Assembly: GCA_008369845.1 (NCBI GenBank)
Contig: MRSU01009833.1
Location: forward strand, 1-34,823
Length of the DNA stretch: 34,823 nucleotides
From: Trichomonas gallinae
Lineage: Eukaryota
Reading direction: 5' to 3'
The first letter of the stretch is position 1. Each line of letters begins with the position of its first letter. Below the pieces are notes generated by a model, which saw nothing but the letters and a program-made list of their open reading frames with translations, was not told the DNA's origin and searched no databases. The position numbers and the translations under genes were made by a program. This document shows positions 10,048-20,738 of the stretch, one piece after another.

Positions 10048-11289
10048 ATGGGTTTGTATAATTCCATTCCGAAAGGTATTAAACAATTTCACTTTAACAA
10101 AGAATTACAAACTCTTTTCAATTCTGCTAGAGTTAAGAGTGATTTTCCATACTCTATTCTCTATTTAGGAGATACTTCATGTCATAAAGCCGAATTATCA
10201 TCAGATATACCATTTTACTTCTTGATAACAAAAGAATATGTAGTACATGCATTAAATTATGATGTTGCAATATCTCATCACTCGATAGAAATTGGTGAAG
10301 AAATTATTCACGTTTCTAAAGTTCAAAATAGCGTTCATGCTCTCGTTTTAAAGTCAGGCAAAGTCGTTTTAATCACAAATTACGCTGATCGGTTTGAACG
10401 CAAGGATTTTGAAATTAAAAACGCTTATTTTGCACTTGGAGTTGATGATCTTCAATTTCTTGTCATTGGTTCTAATTATTCCGTCACTCGAGTTACGTAT
10501 GCAGGCGAAGTCTCGGTTGTTTTGCAGCCAATTCCAAGTATTCCAACAAATCCAATGGATGCATTAATTTTACAAACAAATCCGCAAGTTGTTGTTATAA
10601 TATCCGACAAAAATGTAATTGTTTGCTCTCTTGGTCATTACGGAGTTATGAATTATCAAAATATTGGCGAAAACTTCGTTAAATTAGGTGTAATCAATCC
10701 AAATATTGTCTTTGTACTTGCTGACAACGGCAGAAGCGCATATTCACTTAAATTTAATTTTGAATGCAAATTAGAAGGTGAAAAGCTTAACCACGCGTTC
10801 CATGACCCAATGACAATCATGGAATCTCATGACAGAGTCTTCAACGATGCCGGATCAAGAGGCGGCCCATCATTAGTATTTTTCTGCAATGGAAAGTCTC
10901 TAACATGCATTGATGGTAATAATTGCATTATGCAGTACCATCTTCCAGAAGAAAAAACAGTTACGCATATCTACCAATTAAATTCTGTTCCACCAAATAT
11001 TATTTTAGTTGCATTCAACGATGGCTCTGTTATGATATTGCGCTTATCACAGGAGAAAGGTGCACCAATCGTTGGCAGCTTTAACCATCATGAACTTGAA
11101 AATCTTCATAATGCAAAAATTCAAGCTATTGCATCTACTATACCACTAATGTTCCTGACTGTTGATGAAAACAACAAATTTATCACTTGGGAGAGCTTTC
11201 CTAACTGGTGGTGGGCTCCAAACAGATATGAGATGTTTAAGGGCATCATTGATGGTGAAGATGATGATGGACCTACAGATAACATTTAA
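10048..11289 (+). CDS. Hypothetical beta-rich protein, possible divergent WD40/beta-propeller
   Basis: 413-aa ATG ORF with WD-like blades near the C-terminus (ILVAFNDGSVMIL; H.AKIQAIA...FLTVDENNKFITWE). Stop codon embedded in TAAA. Confidence 0.7.
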   Translation: MGLYNSIPKGIKQFHFNKELQTLFNSARVKSDFPYSILYLGDTSCHKAELSSDIPFYFLITKEYVVHALNYDVAISHHSIEIGEEIIHVSKVQNSVHALVLKSGKVVLITNYADRFERKDFEIKNAYFALGVDDLQFLVIGSNYSVTRVTYAGEVSVVLQPIPSIPTNPMDALILQTNPQVVVIISDKNVIVCSLGHYGVMNYQNIGENFVKLGVINPNIVFVLADNGRSAYSLKFNFECKLEGEKLNHAFHDPMTIMESHDRVFNDAGSRGGPSLVFFCNGKSLTCIDGNNCIMQYHLPEEKTVTHIYQLNSVPPNIILVAFNDGSVMILRLSQEKGAPIVGSFNHHELENLHNAKIQAIASTIPLMFLTVDENNKFITWESFPNWWWAPNRYEMFKGIIDGEDDDGPTDNI

Positions 11290-11653
11290 ATGTTTATTAA
11301 TATGTTTTGAAAATAAAAATTATGTTATTTTATCATTTCATCATCAAAAATCACAATAAATCAAACTTTTTATATACTTATGTTACTGGTTCTACCTATG
11401 TTTTTCATATATACTTGAAAAAGAATAATTTATATCTTTTTTTTTTTTTCATCTAAGTTATATTAGAAATCAACCAAATAGTCTATATGAATGAATGAAT
11501 GGTGAGAATAGACCAATTTGCGTTCTCTCGATTTGCTCGAAAATATCGACATTATTTGCAAATCAGGAAGTTATTTCCGAATAACTAAAGAAGATGAATA
11601 ATTAATAATTTCAATAATTTATAACAATAACAAAAATATAAAAACAAATGGTG

Positions 11654-13102
11654 TTATTCAAAGTAATCTTCTTCTTCTTCTATTTTTTCCTCCTCTTCGT
11701 CTTGCTTATTATCATCTTCATCATATGATTCGCCGCCGACATATTGATAGTCTGGGCAGTCGATTTCTAGTGCAATCATTGATGCAATTTTAGCGACGTC
11801 TTCGTCCTCATCTTCAGCAAGTTCATCAAGCACATCACTAAGATCAGCATTGTGAAGTTGATCTGCAAATAATTCACATCTTTTCGGATCGCTTTTGTTG
11901 CTTAAAAGCTTATATACCCATTTGAGGATTTGAACTAAATCACTTTTCGATGCTGCCAATAAAACAGGCGCAAGACTCGATATAACGTTTGATGTCGTTA
12001 CAATCTGTTCATTGCAGAAGCCAGGTTGACAGAAGACCTTTCCAATTAGAACAGCTGCTGATATCTTTATATTTATTGCCGACATTTTTAATGCTTGTTC
12101 TAACATCTTGAAAAGAATACTTATATCCTTTCTATCGAAAGACTCTTCACAGTTATCCAGCATCACATCGAAAAGATTGATAATTAGCTGAGCTATATTA
12201 GCATCAGAAATTTGTAGAACTTCATACATAAAGTATTTGTCAATGAATTTGCAGTCTTTTGATGATTTAATCATCGCTATGCAAAATTTCAAAACATATT
12301 CTGCTTGCTTAAAGTATTTTCTGTTTTCTTCCTTCATTAGCTCTTCAAATGTTGGACCAACTAACTCTATAAGGGGTGTTCCAATATGTATCATCATCTT
12401 ATCATTAGCTATGGCAAAACAAATTCCTCTAAAAATTTGCATTCGCGCAGGAAGTTGTAGTCTTGGAATTTCTCCCATCATGAAATTTAAGACATCCGCA
12501 ATATGCGGGAATTCTGGAAGATAGAGCATAGTTGATAGGAATTCAAATAAGAATTTCTGAACTGATACTGATGGAGAGTTTGCCAGTTCGCATACTTTTT
12601 CGAAAGGAACTGAATCAAAAATAAAATTTCTCAAATTTGGATTCATTTTAGAAAGATTTGTAAGGAGGTTAAGAGTTCCCTCTTGTACAGCAAAATCTTC
12701 GTGATTAAGTAAATTGATGATTATATTGATATTTACATCTGGAAAATAATATTGCAGGTCGTTTATGTTTATAAACTGAGCTAATCTAAAAATCACCTTA
12801 AGTATTCCGAGAGTTACATAAACATTCGTTGGATTCGCTAATAAATTCATAAATACATTATGAATTCCACTTTCATCATATGTTTTAACGTAAAATGAGT
12901 TTGTATCCCATACAAAATTGCCTAAGATATCAATTTCATTCATTAGTTTAACAAAATCATTTTGTTTAGATGAATCATTTATTTCATTAAGAGCTTGGTC
13001 GAATATAAATGATGGGTGCTTTGTTTCATCTATTACCTCATTTGGATTTTGACTGTTCTGCTCTTGAGCTTCAATTTTGTAGTTTGTATTATCAATATAC
13101 AA
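11654..13102 (-). CDS. ARM/HEAT-repeat protein with acidic tail; start codon uncertain
   Basis: Long helical-repeat ORF (IIINLLNHEDFAVQEGTLNLLTNLS; VLDELAEDEDEDVAKIASMI). The ORF opens with TTG; the first in-frame ATG is about 53 codons downstream. Confidence 0.7.
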   Translation of the reverse strand: MYIDNTNYKIEAQEQNSQNPNEVIDETKHPSFIFDQALNEINDSSKQNDFVKLMNEIDILGNFVWDTNSFYVKTYDESGIHNVFMNLLANPTNVYVTLGILKVIFRLAQFININDLQYYFPDVNINIIINLLNHEDFAVQEGTLNLLTNLSKMNPNLRNFIFDSVPFEKVCELANSPSVSVQKFLFEFLSTMLYLPEFPHIADVLNFMMGEIPRLQLPARMQIFRGICFAIANDKMMIHIGTPLIELVGPTFEELMKEENRKYFKQAEYVLKFCIAMIKSSKDCKFIDKYFMYEVLQISDANIAQLIINLFDVMLDNCEESFDRKDISILFKMLEQALKMSAINIKISAAVLIGKVFCQPGFCNEQIVTTSNVISSLAPVLLAASKSDLVQILKWVYKLLSNKSDPKRCELFADQLHNADLSDVLDELAEDEDEDVAKIASMIALEIDCPDYQYVGGESYDEDDNKQDEEEEKIEEEEDYFE

Positions 13103-13122
13103 AATTTAATAACATTTTTAAC

Positions 13123-13403
13123 TTTACACGACAAAAATGTCATATAAATTTTTTATTTGTCAAAATAATTATAAAATTATCTCACTACTTTACATGACAA
13201 AATAATTTAAATGCTATTGTCAGATTATTATAAAAGTGACATAATAATACACTCAATTGATTTTACATGGCAAAAATTAATTATTTATTTGTCGGATCAA
13301 AATAAAAGTGACAAAATTAAACTCAATTATATGTCACTTTTCATTTTACATGACAAAAATATAATATAAAAATATCATTGTCAGATTATTATAAAAGTGA
13401 CAT
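13123..13403. promoter_or_regulatory. Bidirectional promoter built from four degenerate ~65-85-bp modules (TTTACAYGRCAA ... TTGTC ... AAAGTGAC)
   Basis: TTTACAYGRCAA at 13123, 13189, 13262 and 13345. Exact 27-bp duplication ATTGTCAGATTATTATAAAAGTGACAT at 13216-13242 and 13377-13403. Confidence 0.65.
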
Positions 13404-13429
13404 CATATAATCTTCTAAATTTTTTGTCA

Positions 13430-14896
13430 ATGCATCGAAGCGTTTCTCATAATGGAATAATAGATCTTCCAAGAGATTGTTCCGGTGGTGATCTAACAAA
13501 CTATAATACAGAGCTTCGCCTTGAACGCAATTCAAGAACTTTGACACTCAGACAAATTTGCAATCAATCAATAAAGAATATTGTTTACACAACAAGATCG
13601 AAATCACGCGTATCTCTGAATGAAGATAATGTATCTTTAATTGAAGCGGCTGTAGCTATCTTTACTTCTGGCGAAGAATCCAGAATCCAAAGATATTGTT
13701 CGCTATTAGCCCACGCAGAAATCTCTCAGCTCTCAGAATTACAGCTCATCGCGAAGAGTGATGAAGTTATCAATGCAATTTCGCAACTTTTTCAACAAGA
13801 ATTATCAGACCAAACACTTACATGCCTAATCACCATACTATCGCTAATGTTTACTCAAGCTAACAATAATTTATCGATTCTAATTGACAGCGGATTTTGT
13901 TTCATAATTCCGAATTATTTTGAAAACGAAAATCTAAGTTCTAGTGCGCTACATCTTGTCAATTGCATGGCTTCTTCCACGGGGTATGTGAGAGATAGTC
14001 TTATTTGCAACGAAATTCATTTTCAATTAGCGCAAATCGCTTTAAATTCTCCAAATCCAGATGTAGTTAATTGCTGCTGCGAAACTCTATACAAAATTTT
14101 CTCTCATCCTGCTGAAATTGAATTTGACGCAATATTTAAATCTGTTGAACCGATTGCACCACTTTTAGAATTAAATAACCCAACCGCCGTATCATATATC
14201 ATTTTGGCATATGTAGAGATGGCCTGTAAGTCGACTACAATCGTTCTTTCTTTTGACAAAATTAAATTATATAATATGGTACTTAATTTCATACAAATTC
14301 CGGAACTAATTCCAGCGACACTGAAATTAATACGCATTTTAAGCCTTGGTCCGCCACCAAATGTGTGGATTATGATAAATAATGGATTGCTTCCAGCAAT
14401 TAATCCATTTTTGAACTCTGACTACTGCCCTGAAGTATTCTGGATCTTTTCTAATCTTATAGAAACCCTTGAGCGAAATATTATTCAGATATTCGACCCT
14501 GGATTCATTTTAACTGTTTTAAATCTCTGTGACAACGGAACATTCAAAATAAAGAAGGAAGGATCATACTTTCTTGCAACATATGCTTTGTTCTGTGACA
14601 GAGGTATTTTAATCGATTTCTTCACCGATGACGTCATAGATTTATTAGTCGAAATGATAGGATGTGGCGTTTCCTTGATTGTTTTGAGGATTATTGATAG
14701 CTTGATTCAGCTTGTTACTAGACTCAACAAAGAAGCTCACGATGCCAAAATCTCGATATTATTAGAATCTGATTTGAAAGCTCGTTTAAATGACATCATT
14801 GAGCAGCCTTTTTCAATTGTCACCAATAGAGCCAGTTACCTCCTTGATTATTTAACTTTTCTCGAAACCGGAGAAAATTTACCACAAATGTTTTAG
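13430..14896 (+). CDS. ARM-repeat protein (importin-alpha-like fold)
   Basis: ATG at 13430 (the ORF track's GTG start lies inside the AAAGTGAC motif). ARM signatures: MINNGLLPAINPFL, EVFWIFSNL, GTFKIKKEGSYFLAT. Confidence 0.75.
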   Translation: MHRSVSHNGIIDLPRDCSGGDLTNYNTELRLERNSRTLTLRQICNQSIKNIVYTTRSKSRVSLNEDNVSLIEAAVAIFTSGEESRIQRYCSLLAHAEISQLSELQLIAKSDEVINAISQLFQQELSDQTLTCLITILSLMFTQANNNLSILIDSGFCFIIPNYFENENLSSSALHLVNCMASSTGYVRDSLICNEIHFQLAQIALNSPNPDVVNCCCETLYKIFSHPAEIEFDAIFKSVEPIAPLLELNNPTAVSYIILAYVEMACKSTTIVLSFDKIKLYNMVLNFIQIPELIPATLKLIRILSLGPPPNVWIMINNGLLPAINPFLNSDYCPEVFWIFSNLIETLERNIIQIFDPGFILTVLNLCDNGTFKIKKEGSYFLATYALFCDRGILIDFFTDDVIDLLVEMIGCGVSLIVLRIIDSLIQLVTRLNKEAHDAKISILLESDLKARLNDIIEQPFSIVTNRASYLLDYLTFLETGENLPQMF

Positions 14897-15215
14897 ATTG
14901 CTTTACACATTTACTACCTGTTTGTTTTTATTAAATTAGTTTCTATCTTAACATTTTTTCTTTTTCTGTAATAACTGCAGTTCATCGTGATTCAATTTAG
15001 ATATTATTTCATTTTTCTAAATTAACGGTGCATTATTCGACATTCAATAGGATAGATAACAAGTGATACAGAATCAAAAATTATGCTGTACATACTATAA
15101 TATATACCCTACATATATATCATAGTTGTATGATGGTAACTAGTTTGCATACAGAGATAATTTACAAAACAATATCGGTTAAAATATAATTTTATAATAG
15201 ATACAGTTTTTATAT

Positions 15216-18200
15216 TTATATTTTCGTTTGGGAAGTAAGAAACGCAAAGGCCTTATCTTCACTTTCGAATCTATTTTCATGTGCGAAGAACTCAGCTGTT
15301 GTATTCCAGGTTACCTCCCATGTTTTATCCTGGAGAAGATCGAAAATCTTCTTAGCAATTTCTTCGTCGCTCTCAACTTGAGTGCTTGAGAAATCATCAG
15401 GGAAATCTACAGGGAACTCGACAGAAGCGAATGGATCGAAAGCGTCATCTTTCTTTTCAACAGGCTTTTCAGGAATGACAGCTTCGGCATAGATATCTTC
15501 ATCTTCTTCATAATCTTCTAAAGGTTCAATTGTTTGTTTAGCGATTGCTGCTTCATCAGCAACAATACCTAAGTCATCTTCATCATCCTTATTCTTTCCC
15601 TTTTGTTTCAGCTTCGAGTCATTATTAGATTTCTTTCCTTTAGGAGCATCAGCTTTAGTTGCGGTCTTAGATTTTTGCTCAATTTTCTCGTCTGATGTTG
15701 GGAATTTGACTTCTTCACCGAATGTTGGAATATCAACTTCCGGAGCTTTTTGTGATTTGTCTTCTTTCTTTTGTATAGGTTGTTTTTCTTCTTTTGCAGG
15801 TTGTTTGTCCTCAGTTTGAACAGAATTCTTTAGGTTTATGTTGAAATTGTGTTCAATTTTTTCATCAGATGATGATCCAGGAATCTTATAATCCGTTTTC
15901 GGATTCTCATTGAAGTCAACTTCATCAAAGAAACCGCCAAGGTCTTCTTTCTCTTGTTTATCAGGAACTGAATCAGGTACCATAAATTCTTCATTGTTAA
16001 CATTACCGAAGAAGCCTCCAATGTTCTGGTCTGCTTTTTCTTCTTCTTTAGGAATAGAATCTGGGAATTTAATTTCTTCTATGTTTCCGAAGAAGCCACC
16101 AAGATTATCGCTTTCTTTCTTTTCTTCTTTCGGAATAGAATCTGGGAATTTAACTTCATCATTATTATCAAAGAAACCACCAAGATTATCGCTTTCTTTC
16201 TTTTCTTCTTTTGGAATAGAATCTGGGAATTTAATTTCTTCCTTATCAGCATCATCAAAGAATCCTCCAAGATAGTCACTTTTCTTCTTCTCTTCTTTAG
16301 GTATTGAATCTGGGAATTTGATTTCTTCTGCATTAGCAAAGAATCCTCCAAGATTGTCACTTTCCTTCTTCTCTTCTTTAGGAATAGATTCTGGGAATTT
16401 AATTTCATTTTTATCAGCATCATCAAAGAAACCACCAAAGTTTTCATTACTTGCTTTCTCTTCTTTAGGAATAGAATCTGGGAATTTAATTTCTTCTGTG
16501 TTTCCGAAGAAGCCACCAAGATTATCACTTTCCTTCTTCTCCTCCTTAGGGATAGAATCTGGGAATTTAAATTCATCTTTTTGATTTCCTTCTTTGTTCG
16601 GCTGATCATCGACTTCATCGAAGAATCCACCGAAATTCTCAGCTTCATTCGAGGTCGGAATTGAATCTGGGAACTTGAAGTCATCTTTATCTGTATTGTC
16701 GAAAAATCCGCCGAGATTATCACTTTTTTCTTCTTTTTGAGGAATTGAATCCGGGAACTTGAATTCTTCATTCTTTCCTGCATCTACATCTGCGAAGAAG
16801 CCTCCAAAATCTTCTTTCTTTTCTTCTTTTTGAGGAATTGAATCCGGGAACTTGAATTCTTCGCTTTTTCCTGAATCAGCTGTGAAGAAACCACCAAAGT
16901 CTTCTTTCTTTTCTTCTTTATGTGGTACAGATTCTGTGAAATGGAAGTCTTCTTTCTTTTCTTCGTTAGGAGCTGGTTTCGGAGCTTGATCAATATTTTC
17001 AATACTTTTATTGGAAAATTGCGACATCTGTGGTGCAGATGTAATAGATAAGCCATCAGCAGCGCTGTATGAATCTGTGAACACTTCAATCCATTGAGAT
17101 AAAACATTTTGACGGAAATTGATCCATTCTGGACTTGTGCAAGCAGAATCAATTATATAAGCGATTTTAAGATAGTAAACTATATATCCGGACTGTTTTC
17201 TTAAAGTATTTGAGTTAATAACAGATAATATTTTTTCTGAAATTTGAGGAACAAATTTTGAAAATTCTGGAATTTTATCATATAATGATTGTATTAAATC
17301 CGTAAATGCAGCAAGATGAAAAGAATTTGTTCGATCTGAAACAAAATTATTGAGAAGTGCTGGAAAAGACTCGAGCAAATCAATAGTTGGGAATTTTGAG
17401 AGATATATTAAGGCCTCAACGCTATTTTGATTATGCATAGGACTGATTGAATCTCCGCAAGCTCTTTTGAAGATTTTATCATTGAGAGGCAACTTGGCTG
17501 CTATTTGGTATGAGATAGGATACGCTGGCAATAGATGAGCATTTTCTTGGAAAACTTTTAATTTTTCTGAATCTATTGAATATTTTGAAACATATTCGTA
17601 GATAATTTTCATAACTGAGATTTCTTGTGTCTTTGAGAGTATTATTTTGAGGTTTAGAATGATATTTTTAATTTTGGTCTGATGAATTTCAGAATTTATG
17701 GCTAAATTCTGTGTAACGAGCGATAAAAATAGGATATGAAGCCACTGATGCTCTTCTGGAATTAATTCAAAATATTTTATGAAAAATTCTTGAATCGAGA
17801 TTTGTTCAATGTGTTGAATTAATGTTGTAATAACTTGTTCTTTGCACAATAATTCTAGAATATTGGTCTTATTTGTAGCGCTCATCGCAGAAATCAAAAT
17901 AGAAGAAAGATATCCAATTTGTACTAATGAAAGCTTTGCGTAATCTTTACATATGCCGATGATATAATCGTATGTTGAAATAAATTTGACAAAAACGGGA
18001 GAATCTGGCTTGGCGAATAATTGCATTACACTTTTAGCCATTTTGATATCATTTTGACGGAAAATTATGTCTATAAGTTGCTTGATAATGTTTTGCTGGG
18101 TTAAATACTCAATTAAATGAGGTTCTCCCATTCGGTATTCTTGAAACAGTAATTCGTGCTTCAAAACATCAAAAATTGTACTAGAAGGATTGTTAATAAT

Positions 18201-18254
18201 AGAATCTAAGCTATTATCATCCGAATCATCACCTTCCATATCCCAAAATGACAT
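15216..18254 (-). CDS. SIT4-associated protein / PP6 regulatory subunit (SAPS family) with repetitive acidic C-terminus
   Basis: N-terminus MSFW...SLDSII....TIFDVLKHELLFQEYR.....LIEYL....IKQLIDII matches the SAPS family start. The C-terminal half is an acidic tandem repeat. Confidence 0.8.
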   Translation of the reverse strand: MSFWDMEGDDSDDNSLDSIINNPSSTIFDVLKHELLFQEYRMGEPHLIEYLTQQNIIKQLIDIIFRQNDIKMAKSVMQLFAKPDSPVFVKFISTYDYIIGICKDYAKLSLVQIGYLSSILISAMSATNKTNILELLCKEQVITTLIQHIEQISIQEFFIKYFELIPEEHQWLHILFLSLVTQNLAINSEIHQTKIKNIILNLKIILSKTQEISVMKIIYEYVSKYSIDSEKLKVFQENAHLLPAYPISYQIAAKLPLNDKIFKRACGDSISPMHNQNSVEALIYLSKFPTIDLLESFPALLNNFVSDRTNSFHLAAFTDLIQSLYDKIPEFSKFVPQISEKILSVINSNTLRKQSGYIVYYLKIAYIIDSACTSPEWINFRQNVLSQWIEVFTDSYSAADGLSITSAPQMSQFSNKSIENIDQAPKPAPNEEKKEDFHFTESVPHKEEKKEDFGGFFTADSGKSEEFKFPDSIPQKEEKKEDFGGFFADVDAGKNEEFKFPDSIPQKEEKSDNLGGFFDNTDKDDFKFPDSIPTSNEAENFGGFFDEVDDQPNKEGNQKDEFKFPDSIPKEEKKESDNLGGFFGNTEEIKFPDSIPKEEKASNENFGGFFDDADKNEIKFPESIPKEEKKESDNLGGFFANAEEIKFPDSIPKEEKKKSDYLGGFFDDADKEEIKFPDSIPKEEKKESDNLGGFFDNNDEVKFPDSIPKEEKKESDNLGGFFGNIEEIKFPDSIPKEEEKADQNIGGFFGNVNNEEFMVPDSVPDKQEKEDLGGFFDEVDFNENPKTDYKIPGSSSDEKIEHNFNINLKNSVQTEDKQPAKEEKQPIQKKEDKSQKAPEVDIPTFGEEVKFPTSDEKIEQKSKTATKADAPKGKKSNNDSKLKQKGKNKDDEDDLGIVADEAAIAKQTIEPLEDYEEDEDIYAEAVIPEKPVEKKDDAFDPFASVEFPVDFPDDFSSTQVESDEEIAKKIFDLLQDKTWEVTWNTTAEFFAHENRFESEDKAFAFLTSQTKI
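15920..16965 (-). repeat. Coding tandem repeat, 12 units of about 27-35 aa (EEIKFPDSIPKEEKKESDNLGGFF)
   Basis: Twelve GGFF motifs alternate with FPDSIP-like motifs. The DNA unit GGAATAGAATCTGGGAATTTAA recurs every ~80-90 bp. Confidence 0.92.
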
Positions 18255-18750
18255 TTATCTATATTTCGGTAAATATATTTAGGATTTTGTCACTTTTATT
18301 CTGTCATGTAAATAATTTAAAAATATTTATGTCATGTAAATGATATAATTTTGACATGTAAAAAGAATCCGTCAGAAATTCTAAATCAAAAATTTTTCTA
18401 TATGGAAAATACCAATACGAATATCAAATATGTAAATATTGAGTGTTGTATGTATCAACCACCTTCCTTTAAAGGTAGTAAATAGAAATATCTATATTAA
18501 ATATCGAACTTTTTATTATCAAATGTCCTAATTAATAATTTAGATAGGATGATTTCCTTTCTAAAATCACTAAATATATGAAGAATTGATTTTGTTACAA
18601 AATTTTTCTTATATAGCCAAATTAGACTAAGGGCAGCTGTATTATGTAAATATCCTAATGTTTCTTCTGTTTAGAAACTAAACTTTTAAACAAAAATATA
18701 AACAAAAATTTATCAAACAATATAAAATGGATTTGTCAATCATTAAAATA

Positions 18751-20001
18751 TTACATCAAGCTAAAGAAATCATCTCCAATCATTTGCATGGAACAATTTT
18801 TGAGGAATTCAGGATCATATCTTAATGATGACATAGATAATGTAAGTCCGCACACAGGGCAACCCCAGTTGCCAGTTTCCTTTGCATTTTTGAGAAAAGT
18901 ATATAAATCAAAGCATTGTGCATGTGTACAATTGCAGCCACGTCCTGGGTATTTAATTTCAGAGTGGCTCAATGGGCAACTATCTGTAATAAACTGTGCT
19001 GCACTTTGCAGTGGCATTGGTGGATGTTCTTCAATAATTTTTCGAACGAGAAAATCATAGTTTTGAGACATTCGCCACTGTACAGATGCAACAACAGTGA
19101 CTATAAGATCCATTGTGTTAAAAACGAAATGGTTATCTCCATTCCTCATTCGATCAGTAATATCAATCTCTTCGCCGGCGTAAATTATTCCTTGGCCGTT
19201 GATCTCTAACGGAAGGGAAACAATAGTCGGGACGATCGATAAAATAATCTGATTTTCTTCGCTTTTTTGATAATTAAATGGACAATATATTTTAGCAACA
19301 TGTGGCGAAAGTTTGAAGCAGATTCTATCTGAGTAAAGCTCACCTAAACACTTGGTTGATATGACAGAATATGGTATATCTGGGAAATCGCTGATTGAAT
19401 TATATTTTGCGGAGCCAGAAATTGGTGGTAAAGATGCTGATATAGATGCCATTGTCTTTATCGGTGCATGAACAATGTCTGATGAGTCTCCTTCTGATGA
19501 ATCTGATGTTTCAACCATTCTAGGAGCTTTATTTTTAGATCGTTTTTGTGGATAAATCACTCTAACACTATGCCCAATGTTTTTACGTCGTTCATCAATA
19601 CTTTGTGACGTCGCAAACTGAATTGGTGGTCGATCTTGATGATATTTATTTCCGTGTGATGATTCTTGGTATGTTTGTGTTGAATAACTATCATTTATTT
19701 GCGAAAAGTTATCATATTGCTGGTTCACACGTTGATTAGATATTGTTTTTGATGGAAGATATCCTATTGGTAGTGTCAAAATCTGACAAATTATCTCGCT
19801 TTCGGTATCTAGATTCAGCCCAGTAAGGTAGTCCGAGTCCGAAAGTTCCTTGTCCTGGTACCGAAATATCAATAAATTTTTCGAAACTTTCATTTGCTCT
19901 CCGATTAGCGTTTTCAGCGAGCCCACCGATTTGGCTGCACTCAGAGGCACCTGCAATGTTTTATTTAGTGGAGTCTTAATCCGTATATTCAGTAACGACA
20001 T
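18751..20001 (-). CDS. MIZ/SP-RING zinc-finger protein (putative SUMO E3 ligase) with N-terminal ubiquitin-like domain
   Basis: C-terminal CPLSHSEIKYPGRGCNCTHAQCFDL...WGCPVC is an SP-RING. N-terminal LNIRIKTPLNKTLQVPL....SVGSLKTLI......LIFRYQDKELSD...L is a UBL. Confidence 0.88.
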   Translation of the reverse strand: MSLLNIRIKTPLNKTLQVPLSAAKSVGSLKTLIGEQMKVSKNLLIFRYQDKELSDSDYLTGLNLDTESEIICQILTLPIGYLPSKTISNQRVNQQYDNFSQINDSYSTQTYQESSHGNKYHQDRPPIQFATSQSIDERRKNIGHSVRVIYPQKRSKNKAPRMVETSDSSEGDSSDIVHAPIKTMASISASLPPISGSAKYNSISDFPDIPYSVISTKCLGELYSDRICFKLSPHVAKIYCPFNYQKSEENQIILSIVPTIVSLPLEINGQGIIYAGEEIDITDRMRNGDNHFVFNTMDLIVTVVASVQWRMSQNYDFLVRKIIEEHPPMPLQSAAQFITDSCPLSHSEIKYPGRGCNCTHAQCFDLYTFLKNAKETGNWGCPVCGLTLSMSSLRYDPEFLKNCSMQMIGDDFFSLM

Positions 20002-20738
20002 AAGAAACCACTAAAAAAAAATTATCACACATACGATTATTTTCAATTCAATTTTCAATGCAATTTAAAATTAAAATCATCCTAAACATAGTTATTAGTA
20101 TTTTCCCGCATTTTGACTATACGCTGTTACGCCCGTAAATTTGACAGAACAATACAAAATCAAAAAGTTTCTCGAAAACATGTTAAATGGATGTATATGT
20201 CATACGGGAACATAGTCGCTAAGAATTGCTTTACCCACCTTGATGATTATTTTGATTCAGAACAATTTTCATATCGGAAGTCATTTTTAATGAATAGTAT
20301 AAGACTGTTATGACTATATCCTTTTATAACTACTGCCTAATCTACCTACTCCCAAAATTTCATTTGATATCAATATTCGCAGTTAGCCTCTTTTCTTATA
20401 ATATAAGAACTTAACACGAATATATGAATATATAAAGCTGCTAATGATCGAATAGCTAAGAATATGATGATCGAATTTTATTTTCTATGTATTCAGAACT
20501 GTTGGATAGTCAATTATTGCAGAAAATCATGTGTAGTAATTATACTAATTTGTAAAAAAGCTGTTATCGATAAATTTCATTTTTTTCCGATATTAATTAT
20601 GAAATTTGCATATTGTTTGTCATCTCTTTTTACCTTTTATTGCATATCATTAAATTTCTTTATTAGAATTTTAATTAATTAGAAAAAGCGATTTATACTA
20701 AAACAAAAGAATTTTATATTAACATTGGTGAAATAAAG

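Noticed and set aside
13070..13100. Short spliceosomal intron rescuing the ARM gene start
   Set aside because: GTATAT is present, but there is no CTAAC branch motif, and splicing to the next AG does not restore the frame.
13397..13429. N-terminal extensions from the ORF track (also 7502-7573 and 29480-29518)
   Set aside because: They start at GTG/TTG or run through promoter motifs; the downstream ATGs fit the short-5'-UTR architecture better.
15836..17152. Alternative-frame and antisense ORFs in the SAPS repeat (e.g. 16079-16783, 15910-16275)
   Set aside because: By-products of a stop-poor coding tandem repeat.
20113..20682. Small ORFs 20113-20313 and 20464-20682
   Set aside because: Short, one has a non-ATG start, AT-biased composition and no recognisable homology.
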